The notes below the pieces were generated by a model. That model ran no database searches, was not told the origin of the DNA, and saw only the letters and a program-made list of their open reading frames with translations. From a virus, in IMG/VR virus record IMGVR_UViG_3300020599_000004, positions 32,001 through 96,000 of that record: a stretch of DNA of 64,000 nt; one strand, 5' to 3'. Positions 28,698 to 38,600 of this stretch are shown one piece after another (within the stretch, counting starts at the first letter, position 1; every line of letters starts with the position of its first letter). Position numbers and translations under genes: made by a program.

Positions 28698-29132
28698 ATG
28701 CGTAAACACATCCTGCTGATAACGGTGCTGTTATCAGGCTGTGCTGTGGTGGACCGGTTTCCGGTTACACACAGTTGGGATCGCACTATCGAAACTGACG
28801 GAGCGGTCACCAACGAACGGTATTCGTACATCACTTACGAGCGCAGCACAGCCACCTCCGATGACAGCGTAGCGGCTGAAACGGAAAAGGCACCCAACGA
28901 GACTAAGCCCACCGCCACGTGTGAGCCTTTCGTACCACCACCTGCTGAGCCGATGCCTTCGATCCCAGACATTTTGCCCAGCGACCGTAAGGACCCTGAG
29001 CGCGTGGGTACCATCCTGGTCGGCCACATTGCCCAGCTACGGGAATACATTCGTAAGCGGGACAAAGCAACTGACGATGCCTTCATTGAGTACCGCAAAA
29101 AGTGCAAGGCTTTTGGTACCCCTTCGCAATAA
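28698..29132 (+). CDS. lipoprotein (o-spanin candidate), 144 aa
   Basis: Start reassigned to MRKHILLITVLLSGC (lipobox LSG-C); Pro-rich segment; second Cys pair near the C-terminus and mid-protein. Confidence 0.6.
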   Translation: MRKHILLITVLLSGCAVVDRFPVTHSWDRTIETDGAVTNERYSYITYERSTATSDDSVAAETEKAPNETKPTATCEPFVPPPAEPMPSIPDILPSDRKDPERVGTILVGHIAQLREYIRKRDKATDDAFIEYRKKCKAFGTPSQ

Positions 29133-29209
29133 CAGGGTCGTCGTGTTTTTTAGGACAAAGCCTGTCTATCATCTGAGAGACAGGCTATCCCTACTGCTAG
29201 AGAATCGAC

Positions 29210-30682
29210 ATGTCTGATACCCAGAAGAAAAAAGCCATCCTTTACACCGATGGCGGCTACCGCCAGCAGTACACATCCGGCGGCTGGGGCGTACACGGCT
29301 ACACGTACATCGACGCCGTGCCTGACAAGGGCACTGGTAATCCCAAGTGCCTCCCTACCGCCGGCGGCTATGTTCAAGACAAGAGCACTGCCACCCTGGT
29401 TACCATTGAACACTACATCGATGGCGTAGGTGGCGTACCTAACGCCATCAGCAACAACCATACCGAGCTACAAGCCACGGTAAAAGGCCTGGAGTGGATT
29501 GTCGAAAAGGGCATTCACCACACCAAGGTCTTCACAGATTCCCGTTATGTCGTTGACGGCCTGACTAAGTGGGTCGATAAGTGGCAACGTAACAACTGGA
29601 CAAACTCCCAAGGCAACCCCGTCAGTTCGAAGGACCTATGGCTCACTGCTGTGCAGCTGATGGAAAAGGCCACTGAACAGCGTCAGACCATCGACATCCA
29701 GTGGATCAAAGGCCATGACGGTCACTTCGGTAACGAAATGGCAGATCAATACGCCAGTCGAGGTAACGTCTTGGGTCGTAAGGGAATGGATTTCTCCTTT
29801 ATGCTCGAAACGCCTGCTCCTGGGTATTGGAATAAGAAAAACGAGTACAGCCGTCTGCTCTCCAGTGGTCGCTGGTATTTCCAGACCACGGATGAGGCAT
29901 ACACGACCGAAGATGGCAAGACCATCTACTACATCGGTGAACACGGCGAGGATGATGACGAAACCCACGGCAAACGTGTCTCCGACAATTCCAACACGGT
30001 CCTGTATCTGAACGAACCTGATCCGGTGCTGGAACAGATTCGTAAGCAGGCCATGGAGATGGATCGTCGCAAGTTTGGTTCAGTGATGATCGGTCGCCTG
30101 GATACCATCCTGTCCCCCACTGTTTACTCTGAGATTCTGGAGCATGGCACCAAGTTCATGGACTTTGGTGGGGAACGTAAAGACATGTCCACGGCTAAAC
30201 GCCGTCCGGTGGTGAAAGAACAGAATCCACCGGGACTGTCCTATATCGGCATCGACGTACTGAACAACCTGCAAGGGCTGTTGGACGACTACTTGGTGCG
30301 TAAGCCTGGGATTTGGATTACCGACATAACCGACCTAATATATGACGTCGAAGTGAAAAAGAATGGCGTCACAAGGAAGGTTAAGAAGGAACTTTCGCCG
30401 TCCACCAAGTACCTGGATGTCGCAGTTCGCTACAGCACCAAGAAAGTCTCAGAAGTTACCGGTGAAGACGATCCTTCAGTCAAGACGAAGAAGGTTCGGC
30501 TGATCTTTGGGATCGATCTGGCAAAACGGAACACGCTGTCGAATATCGCAGGTGACGACGTAAGAGTCAGCGTTATCACTTGGCGGGAATCCGATTCCGT
30601 GATCCGTTACGCCACGGTCATCGAGACAAGCGCAGGCACTGGGATTTGGGCTGGGACTGACTCGAACTACCTGATGGTTTGA
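29210..30682 (+). CDS. rnh: ribonuclease HI with long C-terminal extension, 490 aa
   Basis: YTDGG, SNNHTELQA, TDSRYV, WIKGHDGHFGNEMAD catalytic motifs. Confidence 0.92.
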   Translation: MSDTQKKKAILYTDGGYRQQYTSGGWGVHGYTYIDAVPDKGTGNPKCLPTAGGYVQDKSTATLVTIEHYIDGVGGVPNAISNNHTELQATVKGLEWIVEKGIHHTKVFTDSRYVVDGLTKWVDKWQRNNWTNSQGNPVSSKDLWLTAVQLMEKATEQRQTIDIQWIKGHDGHFGNEMADQYASRGNVLGRKGMDFSFMLETPAPGYWNKKNEYSRLLSSGRWYFQTTDEAYTTEDGKTIYYIGEHGEDDDETHGKRVSDNSNTVLYLNEPDPVLEQIRKQAMEMDRRKFGSVMIGRLDTILSPTVYSEILEHGTKFMDFGGERKDMSTAKRRPVVKEQNPPGLSYIGIDVLNNLQGLLDDYLVRKPGIWITDITDLIYDVEVKKNGVTRKVKKELSPSTKYLDVAVRYSTKKVSEVTGEDDPSVKTKKVRLIFGIDLAKRNTLSNIAGDDVRVSVITWRESDSVIRYATVIETSAGTGIWAGTDSNYLMV

Positions 30683-30758
30683 AGTCTGTCAGGTTTTACT
30701 TCAACCGTCCACCTCCCCACTTCGACGGGAGGGTGGCTTAAGCGCACCCAATAAACCT

Positions 30759-31181
30759 ATGGTTATCACAACTGCTTTGAGGAAAACCGGGGCCAAGATG
30801 CTCCCACGGCGCATGCTCGAGCGCGCCAAGCGGATCATCTTCGTGACGACCCTGTATCTGGAAATGGTACGGGAGAGCGAACCGTCAACCGACACCCTGG
30901 AGGAGCTGAATCGGTTGTTCAAGCTGGCAGGTGATTCCGACGCTCTGATGGTACCTGCATTACTGAAGGGCGTATTCTGGGGTAAGCGGTCCGAAGTGAT
31001 CCAGCAAGCCAGTGAAAAACTCAACGCTGGAGACATCAACCAAAGCTGCCAGCAGATCCTGTCGATTACACCGGCCTGGATGCGTTACGGTGAGGGCAGC
31101 ACCGAAATGCTGGCGGATACCAAGTCGGTATTACGGACGGCGTACAGTGTGCATGCCCAAGGCGGTCATGGCAGTCATTGA
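30759..31181 (+). CDS. hypothetical protein, about 140 aa (start uncertain)
   Basis: ORF track; followed by a terminator. Confidence 0.65.
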   Translation: MVITTALRKTGAKMLPRRMLERAKRIIFVTTLYLEMVRESEPSTDTLEELNRLFKLAGDSDALMVPALLKGVFWGKRSEVIQQASEKLNAGDINQSCQQILSITPAWMRYGEGSTEMLADTKSVLRTAYSVHAQGGHGSH

Positions 31182-31192
31182 CGCAGCCTAGA

Positions 31193-31236
31193 CGGCATAA
31201 ATGGAGGTGGGGTTGACCCCACCTCCACTATGTCCG
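31193..31236. terminator. bidirectional terminator
   Basis: CGGCATAAA, TGGAGGTGGGG-ttga-CCCCACCTCCA, then CTATGTCCG between convergent genes. Confidence 0.75.
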
Positions 31237-31239
31237 TTC

Positions 31240-32091
31240 TTACTTGGACAGGATGTTGGTCAGGTTCTTGTAGGAGTCATCCACCGAGGTGGTAAATGCC
31301 TGCAAGAAGTAACCCACTGTGCTGTAGAACTCGACTTCACGGGCCATGAAGTAGGTCAGGTCAGTCAGTTGTTTCAGCACAGGTCCGGAGACTTGGTAGG
31401 TTTCCGGGTCTTCCTTGATGTTGGTGATCAACTTGTCGAGCAGCACCGAGATGTCGGTGACTTGCTTGAGCAGTTCCTTACGGTTGATCGAGGCGTACTT
31501 GCCGTTCACATCGTTGAGGTTCCGTGTCACCATGGGCAGATCGCCATGACGCTTGATCACAGCGCCGTAGGTGGACTCGGTTTTTCCTGACTTGTCGAAG
31601 CTGTTTGCGAACGCTTGCTTCAGACCGTCCAGGTCGGGGGCCTTGTAGCGGGCCAGGTCTGGAGTGAAGGAAACCGCGCGCAGCGCATCAGGACGCATCA
31701 GTAGTGTCCCGATCCAGGTTTCGAAGGGTTTAAGCAGGCCTTTCTGGAGATCATCCAGAACCTTCTGTGCTTGCGCCAGAAGCTCGATGTACTGCAACCA
31801 GGTGGTGTTGAAGCCCACCGGTACGAAAACGCGCAGAGGAGCAGCAGAGACGTAATCCACGTCACGCATCAGGTGCTCCAGCTTCCGGCTGTCGACCAGC
31901 TGAGGCTTAGGAGACGCAGGACTCAGCACGCCAGCAATGAATTGCTTGGCTCCGTCCAGGAATTCCGGAAGACGACCCGTGAACGCATTGAGCGTTTGCG
32001 AGACGTTCAGGGCTTCCAGGCCGATGACAGTACGCTGATGGGACAGGCTCTCGAAAGTTACCTGCTCATCAGTGGCAAAAAGGTCTAACAT
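31240..32091 (-). CDS. probable internal head protein, 283 aa
   Basis: Start reassigned to MLDLFA (AGGAG RBS); N-terminal GLE-AL matching the S/A/G-X-E prohead protease site. Confidence 0.6.
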   Translation of the reverse strand: MLDLFATDEQVTFESLSHQRTVIGLEALNVSQTLNAFTGRLPEFLDGAKQFIAGVLSPASPKPQLVDSRKLEHLMRDVDYVSAAPLRVFVPVGFNTTWLQYIELLAQAQKVLDDLQKGLLKPFETWIGTLLMRPDALRAVSFTPDLARYKAPDLDGLKQAFANSFDKSGKTESTYGAVIKRHGDLPMVTRNLNDVNGKYASINRKELLKQVTDISVLLDKLITNIKEDPETYQVSGPVLKQLTDLTYFMAREVEFYSTVGYFLQAFTTSVDDSYKNLTNILSK

Positions 32092-32175
32092 AGTGGTTCT
32101 ACTCCTGTGGGCAGCGTATTTTAAGAAAGAAGCTGTCATATGGTTTGCGAAGGACCCAGCAGAGGAATGCCAACA

Positions 32176-33678
32176 GTGTCTTTTAACCATTTCAAATCCG
32201 CCCCGGCTGTACGTCCAATGCCCAACTTGGGCTGTCTCTTGGACATCCAAACTGGGCGGTATTTTACCGGCAAACATGGGGAAAGCATCCTGAACGGCGG
32301 CATGCCGAACTTCAGTGGTGTGGCCGGTCTACCCAACATGTTTAAGACTGTACTGAGCCTGTACATCTGTGGCGCAGTGCTGAACCATCATAGCTGCGCC
32401 GTCATGCAAGCCCACGACTCCGAGAACACCCTTTCTCTGGGTCGTATTTATGCCGCGTTCGAGCAATTCCAGAACCTGGCGGGCAAAGATTTGGTGGACC
32501 TCGGTCGGCTGAACTTCAGTGATGCCATGGTCTACATGGGCAACGAATGGTTCGAAGCCCTGAAGGATACTTCCAAAGAACGCCGCAATGATCCGTCCAT
32601 CAAGGTCACCACGCCGTTCTGGGATGAGAAGGCCAAGGAGTTCGTCAAGATTCCTTCTCCGATGATTTCTTTCCTCGACTCGCTGTCCGGTCTGAACCCG
32701 GAAGTGATCGTCGAGATGTTCGACAAAGACGATATCGGTGGCAAGGGCCTGAACATGCTCGCCATGAAGTCGTCGGGTGCGAAGAGTCAGATGATCGACC
32801 AGATGACCAACGTCACGGCCCCTGCCGGCATCTACTCGCTCATGACCGCACACGTCGGTCAGGAATACCAGTTGGACCCGTACAAGGCCAACGTCAAGAA
32901 GCTGAAGTTCCTGAAAGGTGATCTGAAACTCAAGAAGGTTCCCGAGAACTTCACCTTCCTCACCGGTAACTGCCTCTACGTTACCGGACTGTCGCCATTG
33001 CTGGACGACAATAAGACACCGGAGTTCCCGCGCGATGAGACTGACGATCTCAAAGGCGATACCGACCTGATCCTGATCACCGTCGTGCCGCTGCGCAACA
33101 AGTTCGGACCGTCGGGAATTCCATTTGATATAGTGGTCTCCCAATCCGAGGGTGTCAAGGTAGGACTCACCGAGTACTACTACCTGCGTCAAGCCGGTTA
33201 TTACGGCCTGTCCGACACCAATGGCAACACTGCCAAAGGCAAGCCGAACTATCGTCTTGACCTGTACCCGGATGTGGCCCTGAGCCGCAAGACCATTCGA
33301 GGCAAGATCGAGGATTCGTACCGGCTACAACGGGCATTCCAGATCACGTCCGAGATGGCCCAGATCGCTGATCTGTGGCACCACCTCGACGACGAGTACT
33401 ACGTCCTGCCCAAGGACCTGTACAAGAGCCTCAAAGACAAAGGGTACGACTGGGAAATCCTGCTCGATACCACCGGTTTCTGGTCCTTCCAAGAGTACCC
33501 GGCTGAGAAGCCCTTCCTCTCCACCATGGACCTGCTGAACATGCACGTGGGCAAATACCACCCCTACTGGTATCCCAAGTCGCGAGAAGAACTCGGTCTT
33601 AAGGACACCCCGGTCCAGACCGCCCCCACTCAGAAAAAGGCCGATGAAAAAACCATCATCGGTAAGGAACTCGCATGA
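32176..33678 (+). CDS. uvsX: UvsX/RecA-like recombinase, about 500 aa
   Basis: Divergent Walker A GLPNMFKT, LDSLSG Walker B region, TAHVG; GTG start inferred from AGAGGA spacing (alternatives 32140, 32167). Confidence 0.8.
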   Translation: MSFNHFKSAPAVRPMPNLGCLLDIQTGRYFTGKHGESILNGGMPNFSGVAGLPNMFKTVLSLYICGAVLNHHSCAVMQAHDSENTLSLGRIYAAFEQFQNLAGKDLVDLGRLNFSDAMVYMGNEWFEALKDTSKERRNDPSIKVTTPFWDEKAKEFVKIPSPMISFLDSLSGLNPEVIVEMFDKDDIGGKGLNMLAMKSSGAKSQMIDQMTNVTAPAGIYSLMTAHVGQEYQLDPYKANVKKLKFLKGDLKLKKVPENFTFLTGNCLYVTGLSPLLDDNKTPEFPRDETDDLKGDTDLILITVVPLRNKFGPSGIPFDIVVSQSEGVKVGLTEYYYLRQAGYYGLSDTNGNTAKGKPNYRLDLYPDVALSRKTIRGKIEDSYRLQRAFQITSEMAQIADLWHHLDDEYYVLPKDLYKSLKDKGYDWEILLDTTGFWSFQEYPAEKPFLSTMDLLNMHVGKYHPYWYPKSREELGLKDTPVQTAPTQKKADEKTIIGKELA

Positions 33679-33974
33679 ATACTCTCCATCCCGGGGCCAG
33701 CCTTGTGCGTGCTGTCTCCAACCTGCTCCACGAAGAAAACCCCACCTTGGCTGATCGCTTCGATCGCCAGTTCCGGGCAGCGTCCAACGACCCTCTGGAT
33801 GAAATCATCGACCTGAATAGCTTCTGGCGTGATCAGCTGAGCTTCCTGTCGGTGAACACCATCTCCGAACGCGAATGCCTCATCGACGCTATCCAGCCTA
33901 ACGACTGGCTGCGTCACTTCCGGCAGCAGGTTCTGCCGACCATCGTGCGGTTCGAGTTACCCCGCGTGGCATGA
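33675..33974 (+). CDS. hypothetical protein, 99 aa
   Basis: ATGA overlap with the recombinase stop; AAGGA RBS. Confidence 0.8.
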   Translation: MNTLHPGASLVRAVSNLLHEENPTLADRFDRQFRAASNDPLDEIIDLNSFWRDQLSFLSVNTISERECLIDAIQPNDWLRHFRQQVLPTIVRFELPRVA

Positions 33975-33982
33975 GGTAAGGT

Positions 33983-34105
33983 ATGAGCGTTCGTATCTGC
34001 TACAAGTGCCTCCATGTTGCCACACCCGTGCAAATCTGGAGTAAGAACGCTCGCATCTTCTACCTCGGCTGCGAGAAATGCGGCCGTGGGGTGTTCTTCA
34101 ACTAG
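33983..34105 (+). CDS. 40-aa zinc-ribbon microprotein (below the ORF-track cutoff)
   Basis: MSVRICYKCLHVATPVQIWSKNARIFYLGCEKCGRGVFFN; GAGGT RBS; CxxC-x20-CxxC; fills the gap between genes. Confidence 0.72.
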   Translation: MSVRICYKCLHVATPVQIWSKNARIFYLGCEKCGRGVFFN

Positions 34106-34113
34106 GAGGCCGC

Positions 34114-34821
34114 ATGGGTAACCGTAAGAAAGCAACCGACTATATCCTCAAGCACATCGCGATGTTCGACCCGAACGACACGTCGAACGTCCAGCTGACC
34201 AAGAACTTCTTGGAAGGCCTGTCGGATGAGCAATTCGAGGACTACATGCGTCGGTTGCGCAAACCCCAAACCGGCGAAGAGGATCAGGGTCGCGAGACCC
34301 TGACCTACTATGCCCCGAACCTCAGTAAGATCAAGCTTGAAGTTAAACGCAACCTTGAGATTGCTAAGGCCATCGGTCACAATTTCTTCGAGAGACTGTG
34401 GCTGACGGACCCACAGACCGGTGAGGTGTACCTGACCACTCAGGCGCACATGGTCGTGGACCTGCCCATCCGTCGTCAGGCTCAGCTGCTGATCAAGAAG
34501 TCGTCTATCCCTGCAAATAACAACACGGTCGACGAACTGTCCGGTCAGCCGACGGGTGAGAGTAAAGGCGGTAAATTGAGCTTCCCAGAACTTCAGGCTC
34601 AAGTGGCTCAACAACTGGATAACACCATCCTCGAGGAAATCAAGATTCGTGGGGGTGATGAAATTGCGTACCAGGAGTTTGAGCGCCAGATGATTGACAC
34701 TGGCAGTGCCTCATTGGAGCAATTGCTCCGGTTGGGGACCAAGGTGAAATCCACGGAGACACTCAGCAAGTTGTTCAAAGGGATGCATTTCGACAACAAT
34801 CTGGCGGACAATGGGCGATAG
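34114..34821 (+). CDS. rpoB: virion RNA polymerase beta subunit, small C-terminal part (phiKZ gp149-like), 235 aa
   Basis: GESKGGKLSFPE...IKIRGGDE aligns by eye with the beta C-terminal GGQRFGEME...KSDD region; AGGAGG RBS. Confidence 0.8.
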   Translation: MGNRKKATDYILKHIAMFDPNDTSNVQLTKNFLEGLSDEQFEDYMRRLRKPQTGEEDQGRETLTYYAPNLSKIKLEVKRNLEIAKAIGHNFFERLWLTDPQTGEVYLTTQAHMVVDLPIRRQAQLLIKKSSIPANNNTVDELSGQPTGESKGGKLSFPELQAQVAQQLDNTILEEIKIRGGDEIAYQEFERQMIDTGSASLEQLLRLGTKVKSTETLSKLFKGMHFDNNLADNGR

Positions 34822-34845
34822 GCGCTCGTGTCAAGGAGTTTGGTA

Positions 34846-35196
34846 ATGTCAGGGGACAAGCTCTTCGGTGGAATGCACGACGATACTCGCAAAACCCTTC
34901 CCGCGACTGCTGCTTGTTTGTTCGAGCTGGTAGAACGCGGTCCCTTCAAGGACGTCGAAGTCCCCGAAGTGGATATGCAGGAACAAGGCTTCAATCAGAA
35001 GCAGCTGAACTCCCTGCTCGATGAAGGCAAGGCCATCCACATCACCGTGCGGGGCCAGGGCGGGTTCGTGGCAGCCACTGATAAAGGCTTGGATGCCTAC
35101 TTGGCACTGTTGGGGGAGAAAACCTTCGAGGCAGCCAAGAGAGTCAGGATCGCAACCTACACGCTGACTGGCCACCTGGAAGGTAAGTCGGCATGA
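34846..35196 (+). CDS. hypothetical protein, 116 aa
   Basis: AAGGAG RBS, ATG at 34846. Confidence 0.7.
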   Translation: MSGDKLFGGMHDDTRKTLPATAACLFELVERGPFKDVEVPEVDMQEQGFNQKQLNSLLDEGKAIHITVRGQGGFVAATDKGLDAYLALLGEKTFEAAKRVRIATYTLTGHLEGKSA

Positions 35197-35639
35197 AGTT
35201 CAACGAAATCGTAACCGTCATCGTCGAGCACACCGGTCAGTATCGCGACAACTATCTGGCCGAGATGACCGACGAGAAGAAGAAGGATCTGATCAAAGCC
35301 CTCTTCGAACTGCGCGTCTCCATCCGTTGGTACCAACTCACTTCCAACGAACAGATCAAGCAGCTCTGGGACAAGGTCCGGGCTAATGTGGAATTGACCG
35401 ACTACGTCATCCGTGGTACGTCGGCAATGATCATGCGGTTCCACGACAGCCAACAACAGTGGAGCAACCTTATCGGCCAAATGGCCGAAGCGATCTGCTG
35501 GGTCACCAGTGACACCAAGATCGGTAAAGAAGTCACCGAGCGCGCTCCTCAGATGGAGTCCTTCAAGGCTTCGATCAACAGTAGCCCGTGGCTGTTCTTC
35601 CTGTACATGGAAACCCTCACCCCTCAGGTCAAGCCGTAA
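35193..35639 (+). CDS. hypothetical protein, 148 aa
   Basis: ATGA overlap with the previous stop. Confidence 0.78.
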   Translation: MKFNEIVTVIVEHTGQYRDNYLAEMTDEKKKDLIKALFELRVSIRWYQLTSNEQIKQLWDKVRANVELTDYVIRGTSAMIMRFHDSQQQWSNLIGQMAEAICWVTSDTKIGKEVTERAPQMESFKASINSSPWLFFLYMETLTPQVKP

Positions 35640-35726
35640 GGGAAGGGAAACAAAAACAGTCGTACATTATCTACCTGACGCTCGGTTCGCTGGGCGTCAG
35701 GCTTGTATGCGATTAAGGTAGGAAAC

Positions 35727-36497
35727 ATGAACGACCAACGGATTTTGATCGAGTTGGATTGTCTGCTGGACACTCGGCTGGGTACACTCAGCAAGCTCAG
35801 TCAACAGGCGGCCGCCAATGCCATGAACAACGACTTGTGGGTACGAGAGACGGACGACTTCCAGACGCTGTCCAACGGTCTGGTCACCAATGAGGCGTAT
35901 AAAACCACGTATGCCCTACGGGATGTGGAAACCCTCGCCCGGTCCTTCCTAACCAATATCGTCGATTACCTGGGCAACCTAACCCGTACCCTGCAACATA
36001 ACGCCACCGATGGCATCGACGTGAAGGACATCTACCTGACCATCAACACCAATCGGTACGATCTGACGAACGAAGAGATCGGCCTCATGATCGAGGGGTT
36101 GCGACCCCACGTGGCACTGACCACGCAGATCAATGCAGTGAAGTACACCATCGATCAATTGACACCTGGGCTACTCAACGCAAATTACGACAGCTACATT
36201 CTGTACGACTTCGATGAGTGGGACAAACGGCATAGAGAGCAACTGATGAAGAACCCCATGCCGGAGTTCTCCATCGTTGCCCCTAGGCTGCATTTCACGG
36301 GTAAGGTCCCTGATCCATCGGACCTGGTGTCCGATGGACAGACGGTCGATCCGTTCAGGTTGACACAGTTGATCTTCATGGAGCGGTTGGACTTGGAGTT
36401 CTTGCCCGTGTTTTTCTACTCAGTCACCCGACCAGCCACACGGACTAAGACTCCGGAGAAACAAAGTCCTCATACTTCAGGTTCTCTACGCCAATGA
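35727..36497 (+). CDS. hypothetical protein, 256 aa (N-terminal ELDCLLD, possibly HAD-like)
   Basis: AGGA RBS before MNDQRIL; fold guess is weak. Confidence 0.7.
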   Translation: MNDQRILIELDCLLDTRLGTLSKLSQQAAANAMNNDLWVRETDDFQTLSNGLVTNEAYKTTYALRDVETLARSFLTNIVDYLGNLTRTLQHNATDGIDVKDIYLTINTNRYDLTNEEIGLMIEGLRPHVALTTQINAVKYTIDQLTPGLLNANYDSYILYDFDEWDKRHREQLMKNPMPEFSIVAPRLHFTGKVPDPSDLVSDGQTVDPFRLTQLIFMERLDLEFLPVFFYSVTRPATRTKTPEKQSPHTSGSLRQ

Positions 36498-36858
36498 AGG
36501 TTTGACCGGGGACAGTCTTCACCGGAGGCAGCTTGTCACGGTCCAGCGTGGGACGATCGTCGCGCTCTTCGACGAGCACACCTTTACGGAAGGGGTTCTT
36601 GCCGCCGATGGCCGCGAGGATCTTGGAAACGTTGGCGGTAGCACGAGCAGCCTGGTCAACGGCGCTCTCCTCGACGTTGATCTTACGCGTGGTCAACGCC
36701 GCCGCGTCGAGGTCACGTAGCACACTGCTGAGTTGTTTGATGCCGTCCTCACTGGTCGGGACACCATCACGGGTGAGGTTATCAACAATTTGCAGGCGAA
36801 GGCTCTGCGAGAGTTCGATGACATCCTCGGGTTTGGTGGATTTCGATTTAGCGGTCAT
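36445..36858 (-). CDS. hypothetical protein, 137 aa
   Basis: Start reassigned to MTAKSK (GGAG RBS); 53-nt convergent overlap with 35727..36497. Confidence 0.65.
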   Translation of the reverse strand: MTAKSKSTKPEDVIELSQSLRLQIVDNLTRDGVPTSEDGIKQLSSVLRDLDAAALTTRKINVEESAVDQAARATANVSKILAAIGGKNPFRKGVLVEERDDRPTLDRDKLPPVKTVPGQTFIGVENLKYEDFVSPES

Positions 36859-36898
36859 AGCCTGGCTCCACTGAGTATAGATTGCCATAGGAATACAC

Positions 36899-37414
36899 AT
36901 GCAGCTACTGAAACCGATCAAGGATTTCTTCACACGCCGACGGCTATCGAAGGAAGCAGAGGTCATCGAGGAGGTGGAGGACCCGGTGGAGATCCTGCTC
37001 CGGGCCTATCATTTACTGGAAGAAGCCAACCTTGAACGATGGAGCATCCGCGACATCGTCAACCGTAATATCGACACCTACTCACCGGATGTGGAACACC
37101 TTTCAAGATGGCTCGAATGGGCCTGGGTTACCATGACGTCCAATGACTACGTGCCAGATAAGTGGAAGAAGCTCCAGCACACGCTCTCCAATAAGTCGTT
37201 GGATGACTGGATGAGTGCAGAGGGCCATGACGTTCATCCTGCGATCTTCTTTAGACGATCAGGACAACATATCCGAGTCATCTCGAACATCCTGCTGTCT
37301 GAACCTAACAATGAAACGGAAAAGAACAAACTGAGGTACTACCGCCGCCAATATAGCACATTGATTCAAGATTGCACGACTGTGATGCGCACCATCTTCG
37401 AGGTCGTCAAGTAA
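36899..37414 (+). CDS. hypothetical protein, 171 aa
   Basis: AGGA RBS, ATG. Confidence 0.75.
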   Translation: MQLLKPIKDFFTRRRLSKEAEVIEEVEDPVEILLRAYHLLEEANLERWSIRDIVNRNIDTYSPDVEHLSRWLEWAWVTMTSNDYVPDKWKKLQHTLSNKSLDDWMSAEGHDVHPAIFFRRSGQHIRVISNILLSEPNNETEKNKLRYYRRQYSTLIQDCTTVMRTIFEVVK

Positions 37415-37488
37415 TCCCCACACCCACTCCATTTTAGTGCACCATCGCTCATCCGAGGTAAGTGCACACCGTGACAATGGAATAGACC

Positions 37489-38016
37489 ATGAGCAAAGAA
37501 TTTAAACGTCTGCTGGAAACGGAAGACAAGAAGATCAACTCGTCTCGTAACGCGTTGTCGAAACTGTTCCGCGATATTCTCGCTTACCACGATGTTCGTC
37601 CAATGAAATGGGACGCCCTCGTTACGCGGTATTTCCGTAGCCCGTTCTCGCGCACTCCGAAGAATGCGAAGGACATTGGTCAGGACAAGAATAACCTGAA
37701 TCGTGCGTTAGCCAAGGATGCGCTGACGTGGAATAACTTCTTCAAAGCCTTGATGATCTTGAGTCCAAAGACCATCGAGATCACTATCACTATGGAGTGG
37801 CCCAACCGCAATGTAAGGTCGGAACACAAGGTGCTCATTCCTAATCCTGTTGCTGAACTGGACAATATCCACAACGAGGAACTTCAAGAAGAAGTCCTCA
37901 GAGCCAGTCAGAGGGCAACCCGCCGCAGTGCTCAGAATGCGCCCGCTGCGCCAGGTTCGACCCTTAAACAGAAAATCCAAGATCAGGTGGACCGCAAAAA
38001 GAATAGGGGTAAGTAA
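37489..38016 (+). CDS. hypothetical basic protein, 175 aa
   Basis: ORF track. Confidence 0.75.
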   Translation: MSKEFKRLLETEDKKINSSRNALSKLFRDILAYHDVRPMKWDALVTRYFRSPFSRTPKNAKDIGQDKNNLNRALAKDALTWNNFFKALMILSPKTIEITITMEWPNRNVRSEHKVLIPNPVAELDNIHNEELQEEVLRASQRATRRSAQNAPAAPGSTLKQKIQDQVDRKKNRGK

Positions 38017-38019
38017 GAG

Positions 38020-38589
38020 ATGGGTAAGCGAGTAGAGAACCCCGCCCAGGCCGAGGATAAGATGCGGCGCATCACCTTTGACCCGGCCGAAGATGGCGTC
38101 TCCCACATCAACTTCTTCACCCGTGGAAAAACCAAGTTGGGTCGTATGGGCAGTAACCTCTCGGATGGTCCTCTGAATCATCCGCTGTACGGTCACTTCC
38201 GCAGCCCTGAAGGCCTCTGGTACTACCTCAAAACGGGCATGAAGGAGGATATCCTGCGTGTCGTCTCTGGCTATGAAGCCAAGGAGATGGGGAAGAAGTT
38301 GGAGACTGTCTGGAACGCAAACTTCCATCGTGAGTTTAAGATGGGTATCCTGGCCAGGATCATGGCCAGTGAGGACCTGCGTAACGAGTTGAAGAACTCC
38401 ACTCTACCACTGGTGCATTACTACACCTTCCCGGATCGTAAGGACCGGAGCAAGTTGGTGGTAATCGTCCCCAAAGGACACGAATGGCAGATGGACTTCT
38501 GGTCCAGCATGCGGACTCGCTTGCAGAAAGGCGAACCGCTGGAGCCTGTTATGGACGGTTTGATCAACTTCAAACCGTCTGAGGAATAG
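38020..38589 (+). CDS. conserved hypothetical protein, possibly NADAR/YbiA-like, 189 aa
   Basis: G-SN-L...HF-S-EG-WYYLK segment resembles NADAR SNF...F-S-E motifs (by eye). Confidence 0.5.
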   Translation: MGKRVENPAQAEDKMRRITFDPAEDGVSHINFFTRGKTKLGRMGSNLSDGPLNHPLYGHFRSPEGLWYYLKTGMKEDILRVVSGYEAKEMGKKLETVWNANFHREFKMGILARIMASEDLRNELKNSTLPLVHYYTFPDRKDRSKLVVIVPKGHEWQMDFWSSMRTRLQKGEPLEPVMDGLINFKPSEE

Positions 38590-38600
38590 TTTTCACTCCA

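Noticed and set aside
32092-32277. N-terminal extension of ORF 31240..32277
   Set aside because: Overlaps the divergent recombinase gene; an AGGAG RBS supports 32091
19538-33678. Inteins in SbcC, RNase H or UvsX
   Set aside because: No C/S...HN-C/S/T boundaries or LAGLIDADG blocks seen
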